A DNA stretch of 64,000 nucleotides from Bifidobacterium breve (GCA_943325005.2 CALPNT020000001.1:5132-69131); one strand, 5' to 3'. Positions 49,556-58,820 are shown, numbered from the stretch's first letter. Translations and numbers: made by a program. The notes: generated by a model not told the origin, from the letters alone.

Positions 49556-51682
49556 TCAGAGCTGGATGTCCCCCGCGAACGACGAGAGTCGATCGTCCAA
49601 GGGCTCAGCAGCTGCATGGGTCTGCGGGTTGGGCGTCTCGGCGGCGATGCGGGCATGCCACTGGGGCGACCCCTCGCCCGCGGCCAGGTCGGGGCTGGTG
49701 GCCGCGCCCTGGCTCGCCTCAAGCTCCAGAGCGGGCTCCAGATCGCTCTCCAAAGGCAACTCGGGCTCGCCAGCTGATCGCTCCGAAGCTGAAACCTGCG
49801 GTTCCGCCCTGACCTGGGTCGGGGCGGCGAGCTCGACCTGATCCTGTCTCTCCCTGTCAGGTTGATCGTCGGCTGCAACGTCAGCCGTGAACGCTGGAAT
49901 GCCGGCTGCGGGCACGTCGAGCTCGGGGGCTGGAATCACGCCAGCGCTCTGTTCTGGCCTGGTCTCACCATCCGCCTGCGGCTCAGGTTCGGACTCCTGG
50001 GTTGGCACCAACAGTTCCGCCGGCTCCGGTGTCGTCGGGGCCGCTATCGCCGGCTCCGCCATCGCCGGGGCAGGCAGAGAAGGACGCACCAGCCGCGGCG
50101 CCGGGCTGGTGCCGCGTAGCCCCCGCATCCAGCCACGCCGGGCAATCTCATAAAGCAACAGGGCGGTGGCTACCGAAGCGTTGAGACTCGGCGTGGCACC
50201 CCGCAGGGGGATGCGCACCAACTGGTCGCAGTTGCGACGGGTCAGCATCGACAGGCCATCGCCTTCCGAACCGGTGACGATCACCAGGGGGCCATCCAGA
50301 TCCGCCTCCTCCAGGCTGACGTTGCCTTCCTCCGCCAGCCCGATCACCCGATACCCCTCCTCTTTCAAAGTTTCCAGCGAGCGGTTGAGATTCACCACCC
50401 GGGCCACGGGCAGATGCTCCAGCGCCCCGGCTGCCACCTTGGCGACCGAACCGGTGAGGCCGGCATTGCGGCGCTGGGGCAGCACCATGCCGTGGGCCCC
50501 GAGCGCTTCGGCGCTGCGCACAATCGCGCCGAGGTTCTGGGGATCGGTGAGGCCATCGACGGCCAGCAGCAGCGGGGATTCACCGATCTCGCGGCAGCCG
50601 TCCATCAGGGTGGCCAGGTCGAGGGTTTCAGCCGCTGCCGGCTGCAGCACGATTCCCTGGTGCACGGCACCACCACTGATCTGGCCCAGGCGCGCCCAGG
50701 TCACCTCCTCAACCAGGACCCCAGAGGCTTTGGCGTCCCGCAGCAGCTGCAGGAAGCGGGGGCTGAAGCGCATCTCCGGTGTGCACCAGATGCGGTGGAT
50801 CGGCCGACCGCTCTCGAGGGTGGCCTGGGTGGAATGGCGGCCCCAGATCATGTCGTTGGGAGCAGCAGACGCAAAGGTGTCTGTCTCCAACGGCGCTCCA
50901 GCGGCGTCGCGCGGTTGATCGCGATCGGAACGGAGCGGCGGAGCGCCGAAATCGGCGCGGGCCTCGCCGCGACCGGCGGGACGGAACAACCCAGGCCGAC
51001 CAGCCGGTGCCCGACCTCCGACGGGACGGGGGCGGCGATCCCGATCGGGAGGCCCGCCTTCAGCAGGCCGGCGATCCATCGGGCGCCGATCGGTCGGGCG
51101 GCGATCACTGAACCGGCGCTCACTGGGGCGACCGTCCGCAGGACGACCGTCGCTGGGACGACGATCCGTCGGTCGTCGATCGGTGGGGGGGCGATCGCCG
51201 AAGCGACCTTCTTCAGCACGGCGGGGCAGGGGGGGGCGACCGGGGGAACGCTCAAAGCGCGCCGGGGCGCTGGAGGATTCGCCGCCACGACGCTCAAAGC
51301 GCGCCGGGCCACCAGCTGAGTCGCCACCGCGACGCTCGAAGCGCGCCGGCGCACCAGAGGATTCGCCGCCGCGGCGCTCCCGGGGTTTCCATTCGCCCGT
51401 AGGGCGCTCCCGATCGGGGCCGGGACGCTCGCCACTGGAGCGCGCCGGGCTGGAGCGATCGGCACTGAACCGGCTGCCGCCTTCACGGCCGTAGCGGGGT
51501 CGATCACCGGAGGCTTCACTGCTGCCGGCTTCCGGCCGGCTCCAGCGCGGACTACTGGTACCGCCGGGTCGGAAGGACGACCCAGCCGGCCGCCCGCCGG
51601 CACGGCTGCCGGAGGCTCCGGCCGGCCGGCGAGGAGCCCGATCCGGACGGGAGTCAGGGCGGCGATCAGGACGGGGACTCAT
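49556..51682 (-). CDS. rlmB: 23S rRNA 2'-O-ribose methyltransferase RlmB (SpoU/TrmH family) with long N- and C-terminal low-complexity extensions
   Basis: From ATG 51682 (708 aa). The SpoU core runs about 50117-50860 (IWGRHSTQATLESG..., DGLTDPQNLGAIVRSAEALGAHG, IVTGSEGDGLS, IPLRGATPSLNASVA). It is flanked by an Arg/Gly/Pro-rich N-terminal segment of about 275 aa and an acidic Pro/Glu/Ala-rich C-terminal segment of 186 aa. Confidence 0.85.
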   Translation of the reverse strand: MSPRPDRRPDSRPDRAPRRPAGASGSRAGGRPAGSSFRPGGTSSPRWSRPEAGSSEASGDRPRYGREGGSRFSADRSSPARSSGERPGPDRERPTGEWKPRERRGGESSGAPARFERRGGDSAGGPARFERRGGESSSAPARFERSPGRPPLPRRAEEGRFGDRPPTDRRPTDRRPSDGRPADGRPSERRFSDRRPTDRRPMDRRPAEGGPPDRDRRPRPVGGRAPAGRPGLFRPAGRGEARADFGAPPLRSDRDQPRDAAGAPLETDTFASAAPNDMIWGRHSTQATLESGRPIHRIWCTPEMRFSPRFLQLLRDAKASGVLVEEVTWARLGQISGGAVHQGIVLQPAAAETLDLATLMDGCREIGESPLLLAVDGLTDPQNLGAIVRSAEALGAHGMVLPQRRNAGLTGSVAKVAAGALEHLPVARVVNLNRSLETLKEEGYRVIGLAEEGNVSLEEADLDGPLVIVTGSEGDGLSMLTRRNCDQLVRIPLRGATPSLNASVATALLLYEIARRGWMRGLRGTSPAPRLVRPSLPAPAMAEPAIAAPTTPEPAELLVPTQESEPEPQADGETRPEQSAGVIPAPELDVPAAGIPAFTADVAADDQPDRERQDQVELAAPTQVRAEPQVSASERSAGEPELPLESDLEPALELEASQGAATSPDLAAGEGSPQWHARIAAETPNPQTHAAAEPLDDRLSSFAGDIQL
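51023..51196 (-). repeat. About 10 degenerate 15-nt (pentapeptide DRRPx-type) repeats in the rlmB N-terminal extension
   Basis: Encodes DRPPT DRRPT DRRPS DGRPA DGRPS ERRFS DRRPT DRRPM DRRPA ... Confidence 0.85.
51254..51379 (-). repeat. 3 x 42-nt in-frame tandem repeat in the rlmB N-terminal extension
   Basis: Encodes ERRGGESSGAPARF / ERRGGDSAGGPARF / ERRGGESSSAPARF. Confidence 0.9.
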
Positions 51683-52076
51683 GGGCGGACGGACACAGGG
51701 TGGGTGGGGTTTCCTCCAGCTGATCCAGCAGCTCGGCCAGCCGTCCCGGATTGCGAAGAAAGAGCCATCCCAGCATCGTCTCAAATCCCGTGGCCTGCCC
51801 ATAGGTGCCGGGATTCCCCCGCCGCGGTCCGCGACCGGCCCGGTTACGACCCCGCCGCACCTGCTCCAGCTCCTCGGCCCGCAACAGGCCATCAAGGCGC
51901 TTCAGGGCTCGGGCCTGGGCCTCGGCCTTCACCTCCTCGACCACGGCCCGATGCAGATCAGCACTGCGTCCTGGGCTGGAACAGTGGCGCAGGCGCTGGT
52001 GGAGATCCCACACCGCATCTCCCAGCCAGGCCAGCTGCAGAGCCCCGAGTTCGGTGCTGGGAAAGGGGGGCTCCAT
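51666..52076 (-). CDS. mrnC: Mini-ribonuclease III
   Basis: From ATG 52076: LAWLGDAVWDL...KAEAQA...RRGRN...YGQATGFETMLGWL, matching the Mini-III pattern. The 3' end overlaps the rlmB start by 17 nt. Confidence 0.8.
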   Translation of the reverse strand: MEPPFPSTELGALQLAWLGDAVWDLHQRLRHCSSPGRSADLHRAVVEEVKAEAQARALKRLDGLLRAEELEQVRRGRNRAGRGPRRGNPGTYGQATGFETMLGWLFLRNPGRLAELLDQLEETPPTLCPSAHESPS

Positions 52077-52104
52077 GGCCGCCAGCCAGCGGCCGGCGGG
52101 GGGC

Positions 52105-52455
52105 TCAGGCTGGGGTGAGCCGGCCAAGCGCTGTGTCGAGATCAGGTTGAAGATGCAGGAATTCTTCCAGGCGCACCAGCTTGACGGTCTGGACGACCCT
52201 GGCATTGCCGACCACCAGGAACTGGGTGCCGGTCTCGTTGCACTGCTTCGCCACTTGCACCAAAGCACCGAGCCCGGAGGAATCGATGAAATCGATGCGG
52301 CTGAGATCAATCACCAGGGCGAGCTTGCCGGCGCCCTGCTGGCTGGCGATGAATTCATTGAACTGCTTATCGGAATAGGCATCCAGCTGTCCCGTGAAGC
52401 TAAACAACAGGCACGATGCCTGCCGTTGGCAGCCCCCTCGAAGCGAGACGGTCAA
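52105..52455 (-). CDS. STAS-domain anti-sigma-factor antagonist (SpoIIAA/RsbV-like)
   Basis: 116 aa. FTGQLDAYSDKQF...LVIDLSRIDFIDSSGLGALV contains the conserved phosphorylatable DSSG context. Confidence 0.8.
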   Translation of the reverse strand: MTVSLRGGCQRQASCLLFSFTGQLDAYSDKQFNEFIASQQGAGKLALVIDLSRIDFIDSSGLGALVQVAKQCNETGTQFLVVGNARVVQTVKLVRLEEFLHLQPDLDTALGRLTPA

Positions 52456-52582
52456 TCGCTGCAGGTCAGAGATGGCTCAATCCCCTTGGAACGCTGTGGG
52501 CTGAAGTGTAGGGACGTCCTGGCGGAATGACTCAACCGCAACAGAACGTCCCGGAACTGCTGACGATCAGTCCCCAGAGTCT

Positions 52583-53812
52583 TCAGCGCCGTTGGGCCAT
52601 CAGGGCGGTGAACCGCTGAAAATGATGGTCGCTGTCGTGGGGGCCGGGACTGGCCTCCGGGTGGTACTGCACCCCGAACACGGGCTGATCCACCATCGCC
52701 ATCGCCGCCACGGTGCGGTCATTGAGATTGTGGTGGGTGATCCTCACCCGGTCGGCCGGCAGGGAGTCGGCATCGAGCGCAAAGCCATGGTTCTGGCTGG
52801 TGATCTCCACGGTTCCCGGCGAGCCGCAGGGATGGTTGAGGCCGCGATGGCCATAGCCGAGCTTGTAGGTGTGCCCCCCCAGGGCCAAGCCGAGAATCTG
52901 ATGGCCCAGACAGATGCCGAACAGCGGCAGGTGGCGCTGGAGCAGCAGCTCCTGGGCCAGGGCGATGCCACTGCTCACGGCCGCAGGATCACCAGGGCCA
53001 TTGGAGAGAAACACGCCTTCGGGCCGCTGGCTGAGCACCTCGTCGAGGCTGGCATCCGCCGCCAGCACGGTGACTTCACAGCCATGGGCGACCAGCCGCT
53101 CGAGGATGGCTCGCTTGATGCCGAAATCGATCGCCACTACCCGGTAAGGCGTGGCCGGCTGGGGCTGGAGACGGGTATCGAAGCCGGCGCTACAGAGGCT
53201 TGACCAGTGATACGGCTGCTTGGTGCTGACACCGGCCGCCAGATTCAATCCCGCCATCGAGGGAGCGGCGCGCACCTGCCGCAACAGCTCGATGGGGGCC
53301 AGGCCCTCACTGCTGATGATGCCGTTGATCGCCCCGCCTTCGCGGAGATGGCGCACCAGGGCGCGGGTGTCGACACCGCGTATGCCCACCACCCCGTGAC
53401 GCCGCAACCAAGGCTCAAACGTCTCCTCGGCGCGCCAACTGCTGGCCAGCGGTGACAACTCGCGGGCGATCACCCCGCGCACCTGCGGCCGGCTGGCTTC
53501 CAAATCCTGAGAGTTGACGCCCGTGTTGCCCAGTTCCGGATAGGTGAAGGCGACCAGTTGCCCCGAGTAGCTGGGGTCGGTGATTACCTCCTGATAGCCA
53601 GTCATGCCGGTGTTGAACACCACTTCGCCGACAACCGTGCCCCTGGCGCCGAAGGCGAGACCGCGCAGCAGGGTGCCATCGGCCAGTAACAGCACCGCCG
53701 GCACGGTCGTCTCGGCCCCAGAGGCCAACTGGCCACCGGAGTCGGCCTGCGGGTGCGGTACGACGGCAACGGAAGGGTGGGACACGGCCGGGCGCTCGAC
53801 TGGCCCGATCAT
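52583..53812 (-). CDS. carA: Carbamoyl-phosphate synthase small (glutaminase) subunit
   Basis: [17 protein letters not shown] and GATase triad context (LFGICLGHQ, ...HHNLND...QYHPE). ATG at 53812 overlaps the trpD stop (ATGA). Confidence 0.92.
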   Translation of the reverse strand: MIGPVERPAVSHPSVAVVPHPQADSGGQLASGAETTVPAVLLLADGTLLRGLAFGARGTVVGEVVFNTGMTGYQEVITDPSYSGQLVAFTYPELGNTGVNSQDLEASRPQVRGVIARELSPLASSWRAEETFEPWLRRHGVVGIRGVDTRALVRHLREGGAINGIISSEGLAPIELLRQVRAAPSMAGLNLAAGVSTKQPYHWSSLCSAGFDTRLQPQPATPYRVVAIDFGIKRAILERLVAHGCEVTVLAADASLDEVLSQRPEGVFLSNGPGDPAAVSSGIALAQELLLQRHLPLFGICLGHQILGLALGGHTYKLGYGHRGLNHPCGSPGTVEITSQNHGFALDADSLPADRVRITHHNLNDRTVAAMAMVDQPVFGVQYHPEASPGPHDSDHHFQRFTALMAQRR

Positions 53813-54852
53813 CCCGCAGCAGGGGTGGCCAGAGCCGCGCGCAAAGCTTCCACCCGCTGCCAGGGCCGACCGCTCCGCAGGCATGCTCTCGCCTCGGGCA
53901 GTGCCTCGGCCACCGAAGCGGCCAGGCCACAGGTCCAGAGCACCAGCGCGGTGTTGAGGGCCACCACATCGCTACGAGCCTGGTCACCCTCGCCCTGGAG
54001 CACGACTTCAAGCAGGCGCCGATTCTGCTCCAGGTCGCCACCGCCGATGGCGGCCATCGGGGCCTGCTGCAGGCCCAGGGCGAGCGGATCGAGCCACTCC
54101 TGGCGCACCTGACCATGGTCGAGCAAGCGCAGCTCACTGGGACCGGAGAGGGTGGCTTCATCGAGGCCGCCATGGCCATGGACAACGATGGCGCGCCCCT
54201 GACCCAGCTGCCGCAGGGCCTCGACCATCGGATCGAGCAGATCAGCCCGGGCCACCCCCAGCACCTGGCAATCCGGTCGCAGGGGGTTGACCAGGGGGCC
54301 CAGCAAGTTGAACACGGTGCGGACCCCCAGGGCGCGACGCAGGGGCACCAGACCCACCAGAGCCGGATGCCAGCCCGGCGCGAACAGGAAGGTGACCCCC
54401 GCTTCGGGCAGGGCGGCGATCACCCGTTCGGCAGGGGCCTGGAGATCGAGTCCCAGGGCTTCGAGCACATCAGCGGAGCCCACCCGGCCGCTGGCACTGC
54501 GATTGCCGTGCTTGGCCACATGAGCGCCGCAGGCAGCGGCGGTGAAGGCCACGGCCGTGGAGATGTTGAAACTGTCGACGCCGGCGCCGCCGGTGCCACA
54601 GGTGTCGACCAGATGCAGCGACGGGCGGGGGCCAGGCAGCGGGCAATGCTCCCGCAACACCTGGGCCATGGCCGCCAGCTCATCGCCGCGCAGGCCTTTG
54701 CAGCGCAGGGCCGCCAGCAAGGCGCCGGTGAGCGCCGGATCGATCTGCTCGCCGATCCAGCCCCGCATCAGCCGCTCGGCCTGGGGACTGTCGAGATCAC
54801 GGCCCTCGAGCAGCTGCTCCAGGAGCTGGGGAAAAGAAAAGGCGGCACCCAT
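53809..54852 (-). CDS. trpD: Anthranilate phosphoribosyltransferase
   Basis: [18 protein letters not shown] and [23 protein letters not shown] at 54852 is preferred, and TTG at 54900 is the longest start. Confidence 0.9.
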   Translation of the reverse strand: MGAAFSFPQLLEQLLEGRDLDSPQAERLMRGWIGEQIDPALTGALLAALRCKGLRGDELAAMAQVLREHCPLPGPRPSLHLVDTCGTGGAGVDSFNISTAVAFTAAACGAHVAKHGNRSASGRVGSADVLEALGLDLQAPAERVIAALPEAGVTFLFAPGWHPALVGLVPLRRALGVRTVFNLLGPLVNPLRPDCQVLGVARADLLDPMVEALRQLGQGRAIVVHGHGGLDEATLSGPSELRLLDHGQVRQEWLDPLALGLQQAPMAAIGGGDLEQNRRLLEVVLQGEGDQARSDVVALNTALVLWTCGLAASVAEALPEARACLRSGRPWQRVEALRAALATPAAG

Positions 54853-54985
54853 GGCAGCTGCGCTGGCTGGCCCCGACGCTATGTCGTCATCGCGCTGCAA
54901 TCAGGCCACCAGCGGCGAGTCGACCCACGGCCACCACCATGCCCTTGGCGGGATCGACGGCCCGGCTGGGACGGGACATCTCCTC

Positions 54986-55017
54986 AAAAAAAAGCCCGGG
55001 TGCAAAGCACGCCGGGC
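54986..55017 (-). terminator. Strong intrinsic terminator (minus strand)
   Basis: The minus strand reads GCCCGGCGTGC-TTT-GCACCCGGGC (about 10-bp stem with one bulge) followed by T8. It is 197 nt downstream of the DUF3288-like stop and 134 nt upstream of the trpD ATG. Confidence 0.75.
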
Positions 55018-55157
55018 CGGGTGATGGGGACCATTCCACTATTACCCGAGGAGGGCCGATCTGGCGACTGTTGCTAACTGGAACGAACCAAGGCCACCCG
55101 GTGCGGCTGCCTGAGAGCGCTGCAGGCTCCTACTTAAATACAGCAAGTCACAGCCTT

Positions 55158-55196
55158 AACGCAGCAAGCTGCGGTCTCAACGCAGCAAGCTGCGGT
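55158..55196. repeat. Two direct copies of an 18-nt palindrome-containing element
   Basis: AACGCAGCAAGCTGCGGT at 55158-55175 and 55179-55196 (21-nt period). Each copy contains the inverted repeat CGCAGC-NN-GCTGCG. Confidence 0.9.
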
Positions 55197-55213
55197 GGCC
55201 GCCAAGCCGCCAC

Positions 55214-55522
55214 TCAGGGCGAATCGGCATCGGCCGTGTCAAATCCCGAACCGACGGCCTCCGCCACCGGGGCCGGGCCCGGCCGGTATCCAGCGGCCCA
55301 GATGGCCCGGGTGCGCTGATGCAGCCCGTCCCGATTCAGACCCCACAGCCGCAGCACCCGTTCGAGATCATCCTTGAGATCGGTGGCGCCGGGAAAGCCC
55401 TCGTAGCGCATCAGCAGCCGGGCCGCATCCACCAGCTGCGCGTCCCCCGGGGGATCAGCGGCCAGCAACCGATCAATGCTCTGGCGGTCCAGGGCGTGGA
55501 GGGGGTGGCTCTGCTCGTCCAT
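55214..55522 (-). CDS. Conserved hypothetical protein (resembles DUF3288)
   Basis: 102 aa. HPLHALDRQSIDRLLA...LVDAARLLMRYEGFPGATDLKDDLERVLRLWGL resembles the cyanobacterial DUF3288 pattern as I recall it. Confidence 0.5.
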   Translation of the reverse strand: MDEQSHPLHALDRQSIDRLLAADPPGDAQLVDAARLLMRYEGFPGATDLKDDLERVLRLWGLNRDGLHQRTRAIWAAGYRPGPAPVAEAVGSGFDTADADSP

Positions 55523-55626
55523 GGCCAGGGATCAATCCCGTCGAGGCTGGCACGAAGCCAGCCTCGAGAACGCTGGGATCCCGGCCGGCTGCGTAGGTTG
55601 GGCCTCTCGATGGCCGTTTGAGCAGC

Positions 55627-57375
55627 ATGAGCGCGATAAGGCTCGGCCTGATCGTCAGGTACCTGCGCCCTTATCGCCGCACCCTCAGCCTGGGGGCGGT
55701 GGCCTTGTTGGTGGTGAACCTCCTGGGTGTCGCCATCCCCCTGCAGGTGCGCAACATTGTCAATGACCTGCACCAGGGCTTCACCCTGAATGCGGTACTG
55801 CGTCAATCGGCACTGATCGTGCTGATGGCCACCACGATGGCCCTGGTACGGCTGTGGTCGCGGATGTTGGTGTTCGGGGTGGGACGCCAGGTGGAGGCGA
55901 ACCTCAAGCAGCAGATCTTTGATCACGTGCTCACCCAGGAACCGGGCTGGGTGCAGACCACCGGCAGCGGTGAGGTGATCAGCCGCGCCACCAGTGATGT
56001 CGAGAACGTGCGGCGCCTGCTGGGCTTCGCCGTGCTCAGCCTCACCAACACCGGACTGGCCTATGCCCTCACCTTGCCGGCGATGCTGGTGATCGATCCC
56101 GGTCTGAGCCTGGCGGCCCTGGGGCTTTATCCATTGATGTTGATGGTGGTGCGGCTGTTCGGTGGCCGCATGATGCGCCAGCAACGGCGCCAGCAGGAAG
56201 CCCTCGCTGACCTCAGCGATTTAATCCAGGAGGATCTTTCCGGCATTGGCGCGATCAAGATTTACGGCCAGGAGCGCACCGAACTGGAAGCCTTCGAGGT
56301 GCGCAACCGCACCTTTCGCGATGCGGCTCTGGCCCTTGGTCGCACCCGCAGCACCCTGTTCCCGCTGCTGGAGGGAATCTCTTCGGTCAGCCTGTTGGTT
56401 CTGATCGCCTTCGGCAGCGGCCAGATCGAATCCGGACGCCTGACGATCGGTGGTCTGGTGGCGTTGATTCTCTATGTCGAGCGGTTGGTGTTCCCCACGG
56501 CGCTGCTGGGCTTCACGCTCAACACCTTCCAGACCGGCCAGGTAAGCCTGGAGCGGGTGGAAGCGCTGTTGAGCCGGCGCCCCGAAATCGTCTCGCCCCC
56601 GGAGCCGCAAGCGCCAGCTCAGCCAGCCTCTGGCGCGATCGAAGCGCGGGGGCTGACGGTTCAGTACGCAGGCGCCAACCGGGCGGCCCTGGTGGATCTC
56701 ACCTTTTCCATCCAGCCCGGCGAACTGGTGGCGGTGGTGGGCCCCGTCGGTTGTGGCAAAACCACCCTGGCGCGGGCCCTGGGCCGGATGGTGGAGGTCC
56801 CCACCGGCAGCCTGTTCCTTGATGGTGTTGATGTCCGGGCCCTGGCCCTGACTGACCTGCGCCGCGAAGTGGCCCTAGTGCCCCAGGAGGGCTTCCTGTT
56901 CACCGCCAGCCTGGCCGACAACCTCCGCTACGGCGATCCGGATGCCGCCATGGAGCAGGTGGAGACAGCAGCCCGCCAGGCCCGCCTGGAGGGGGATATC
57001 AAGGGCTTCCCCGATGGCTACAACACCCTGGTGGGCGAGCGGGGCATCACCCTCAGCGGCGGCCAGCGCCAGCGCACCGCCCTTGGGCGGGCCCTGCTGC
57101 TGCAGGCGCCGCTGCTGGTGCTCGACGATGCCCTGGCCAGCGTCGACAACACCACGGCAGCGGAAATCCTGCGCTCGATCCGCCAGCAGCGCCAGCGCAC
57201 GGTGCTGATGATCAGCCACCAGCTCTCGGCGGCGGCGGCCTGTGATCGCATCCTGGTGCTGGAGGAGGGCCGGCTGGTGCAGCAGGGTCACCATCTGGAG
57301 CTGGTGGAACAGGTGGGCACCTACCGACGCCTCTGGGAACGGGAGCAGGCCAGTGAACGGCTGCAGGCGGCCTGA
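55627..57375 (+). CDS. ABC exporter, fused permease/ATPase (MsbA/MdlB-like)
   Basis: 6-TM type-I exporter domain, then Walker A (GPVGCGKTT), signature (LSGGQRQR) and Walker B (LLVLDDALAS). Confidence 0.88.
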   Translation: MSAIRLGLIVRYLRPYRRTLSLGAVALLVVNLLGVAIPLQVRNIVNDLHQGFTLNAVLRQSALIVLMATTMALVRLWSRMLVFGVGRQVEANLKQQIFDHVLTQEPGWVQTTGSGEVISRATSDVENVRRLLGFAVLSLTNTGLAYALTLPAMLVIDPGLSLAALGLYPLMLMVVRLFGGRMMRQQRRQQEALADLSDLIQEDLSGIGAIKIYGQERTELEAFEVRNRTFRDAALALGRTRSTLFPLLEGISSVSLLVLIAFGSGQIESGRLTIGGLVALILYVERLVFPTALLGFTLNTFQTGQVSLERVEALLSRRPEIVSPPEPQAPAQPASGAIEARGLTVQYAGANRAALVDLTFSIQPGELVAVVGPVGCGKTTLARALGRMVEVPTGSLFLDGVDVRALALTDLRREVALVPQEGFLFTASLADNLRYGDPDAAMEQVETAARQARLEGDIKGFPDGYNTLVGERGITLSGGQRQRTALGRALLLQAPLLVLDDALASVDNTTAAEILRSIRQQRQRTVLMISHQLSAAAACDRILVLEEGRLVQQGHHLELVEQVGTYRRLWEREQASERLQAA

Positions 57376-57546
57376 AGACCTGGCCAAGCTCGGTGATCCG
57401 CAGGCCCACTGGTGCTGATGGCCGCGCCGGAGGCCGAGGCGAGCGTTGCCGTGCTGTTTTCGCCATCCCGTGCGGCACCAACAACCTGCCTCTGACCAGG
57501 TCCGCGGCGTTGTTCTGGGCTGGCCTGTGCCGACTTTGTCTGGCTT

Positions 57547-57645
57547 GATCTGATGGAACAGATCTGATCAGGTCTGATCAGGTCTGATCAGATCTGATTG
57601 GATCCAATCGAATCCAAATCAAAATTCAAATCAAAATCAAATCTG
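57547..57645. repeat. Degenerate 10-bp (5-bp sub-period) tandem array rich in GATC and CTGATCAG
   Basis: GATCTGATGG..GATCTGATCA GGTCTGATCA GGTCTGATCA GATCTGATTG GATCCAATCG AATCCAAATC AAAATTCAAATC AAAATCAAATC. Confidence 0.9.
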
Positions 57646-57759
57646 GACCCTTGCCAAGCTCTGATCAGCCCGGCAAGGCTCCATCAAGATCAGGCCGACG
57701 GATCTGAACAGTTGTTGAGGCCTGACCCCGAAGTGCGGCTCGGGGAGCTTACGTGAGTC

Positions 57760-58047
57760 ATGCCGGCCGGTCGCGCGACACCCATGGATTCCAACAGGGC
57801 CTTCAACATCCGCTGCACCCTGAGTTTCGGGGACATCTACGGCCAGATCCTGATCTGGATGGGGGTGATCTTCGTCAGCCTCGCCGCCGGCCTGGCCTTG
57901 ATGGGGGCAAGCAAACCGATCTTTGCCCTGGTGGGTGTGGGCCTGATCCTGGTGCTCTCCTTGCCGTTTCTACTGTTCGCCTTCACCACCACCCTGCTCA
58001 ACCACATCGCCCTGGTGCCCGACGCGGACGAACGGCGAACTTCTTAA
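57760..58047 (+). CDS. Small 2-TM membrane protein, unknown function
   Basis: 95-aa ATG ORF (possible internal start at MDSNR). Two hydrophobic helices (ILIWMGVIFVSLAAGLALM, IFALVGVGLILVLSLPFLLFAF). Confidence 0.5.
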   Translation: MPAGRATPMDSNRAFNIRCTLSFGDIYGQILIWMGVIFVSLAAGLALMGASKPIFALVGVGLILVLSLPFLLFAFTTTLLNHIALVPDADERRTS

Positions 58048-58100
58048 GCTCAAAGATCTTCGCCGTTCCCGCCTTGTTCGGCCTGTTTCCCAAAGCCGCC

Positions 58101-58802
58101 ATGCCTACGTCCGGGGCGATCAGCGCGCAACTGCAGGGCGTGACCCATGCGGTGCTCGGCACCGAGATCACTGCAGCGCCTGCCGCGGGACAACAGGACG
58201 CCCTGTTTGGTTGCGGCTGTTTCTGGGGGGCTGAGAAAGGGTTCTGGCGCCTGCCAGGGGTGGTGACCACCGCCGTGGGCTATGCCGGTGGCGCCGTGCA
58301 GGACCCCAGCTATGACCAGGTCTGCAGCGGCCGTACGGGTCACTCTGAGGTGGTGCGGGTGGTCTGGGACAGCGAGCGCCTGCATTTCAGCGATCTGTTG
58401 AAACTGTTCTGGGAATGCCACGACCCCACCCAGGGCAATCGCCAGGGCAACGATCGCGGCAGCCAGTACCGCTCGGCGATCTTCGTCAACGATCCGAGCC
58501 TGCTGCAACTGGCCGAGGCGAGTCGCCTCAGTTACGCCGCCTGTCTGGCCAGCAAGGGATTCGGTGCCATCACCACCGAGATCGCCAGCGACATGCCGCT
58601 GTTTTATGCCGAGGCCTACCACCAGCAGTACCTGGCCAAACCGGGAAGCCGGCCCTACTGTTCCGCCCAACCGACGGGGTACTCCCTGGAAGACTTCCCA
58701 GGAGCCGATTACCGCTTACCGGCCTCTGTATGGACGGCCTACGACTGGTCCGTGCCCCATTGCGTCCTGCGCGGTGACAACACACCGATCCTGCTGGGCT
58801 GA
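58101..58802 (+). CDS. msrA: Peptide methionine (S)-sulfoxide reductase
   Basis: GCGCFWGAEKGFW catalytic motif, HSEVVRVVWD and GNDRGSQYRSAIF. Confidence 0.9.
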   Translation: MPTSGAISAQLQGVTHAVLGTEITAAPAAGQQDALFGCGCFWGAEKGFWRLPGVVTTAVGYAGGAVQDPSYDQVCSGRTGHSEVVRVVWDSERLHFSDLLKLFWECHDPTQGNRQGNDRGSQYRSAIFVNDPSLLQLAEASRLSYAACLASKGFGAITTEIASDMPLFYAEAYHQQYLAKPGSRPYCSAQPTGYSLEDFPGADYRLPASVWTAYDWSVPHCVLRGDNTPILLG

Positions 58803-58820
58803 GTCCTAGCGCCGTTCTCC

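Noticed and set aside
54887-54979. A 30-codon upstream ORF (MSRPSRAVDPAKGMVVAVGRLAAGGLIAAR) between the terminator and trpD, considered as a Trp attenuation leader peptide.
   Set aside because: It contains no Trp codons. It lies downstream of the terminator rather than upstream. Its GAGGAG abuts the ATG with no spacing.
57547-57645. Whether the 57.5-kb repeat array could be a CRISPR array.
   Set aside because: The units are only 5-10 bp, degenerate and contiguous, with no unique spacers. No cas genes occur anywhere in the window.
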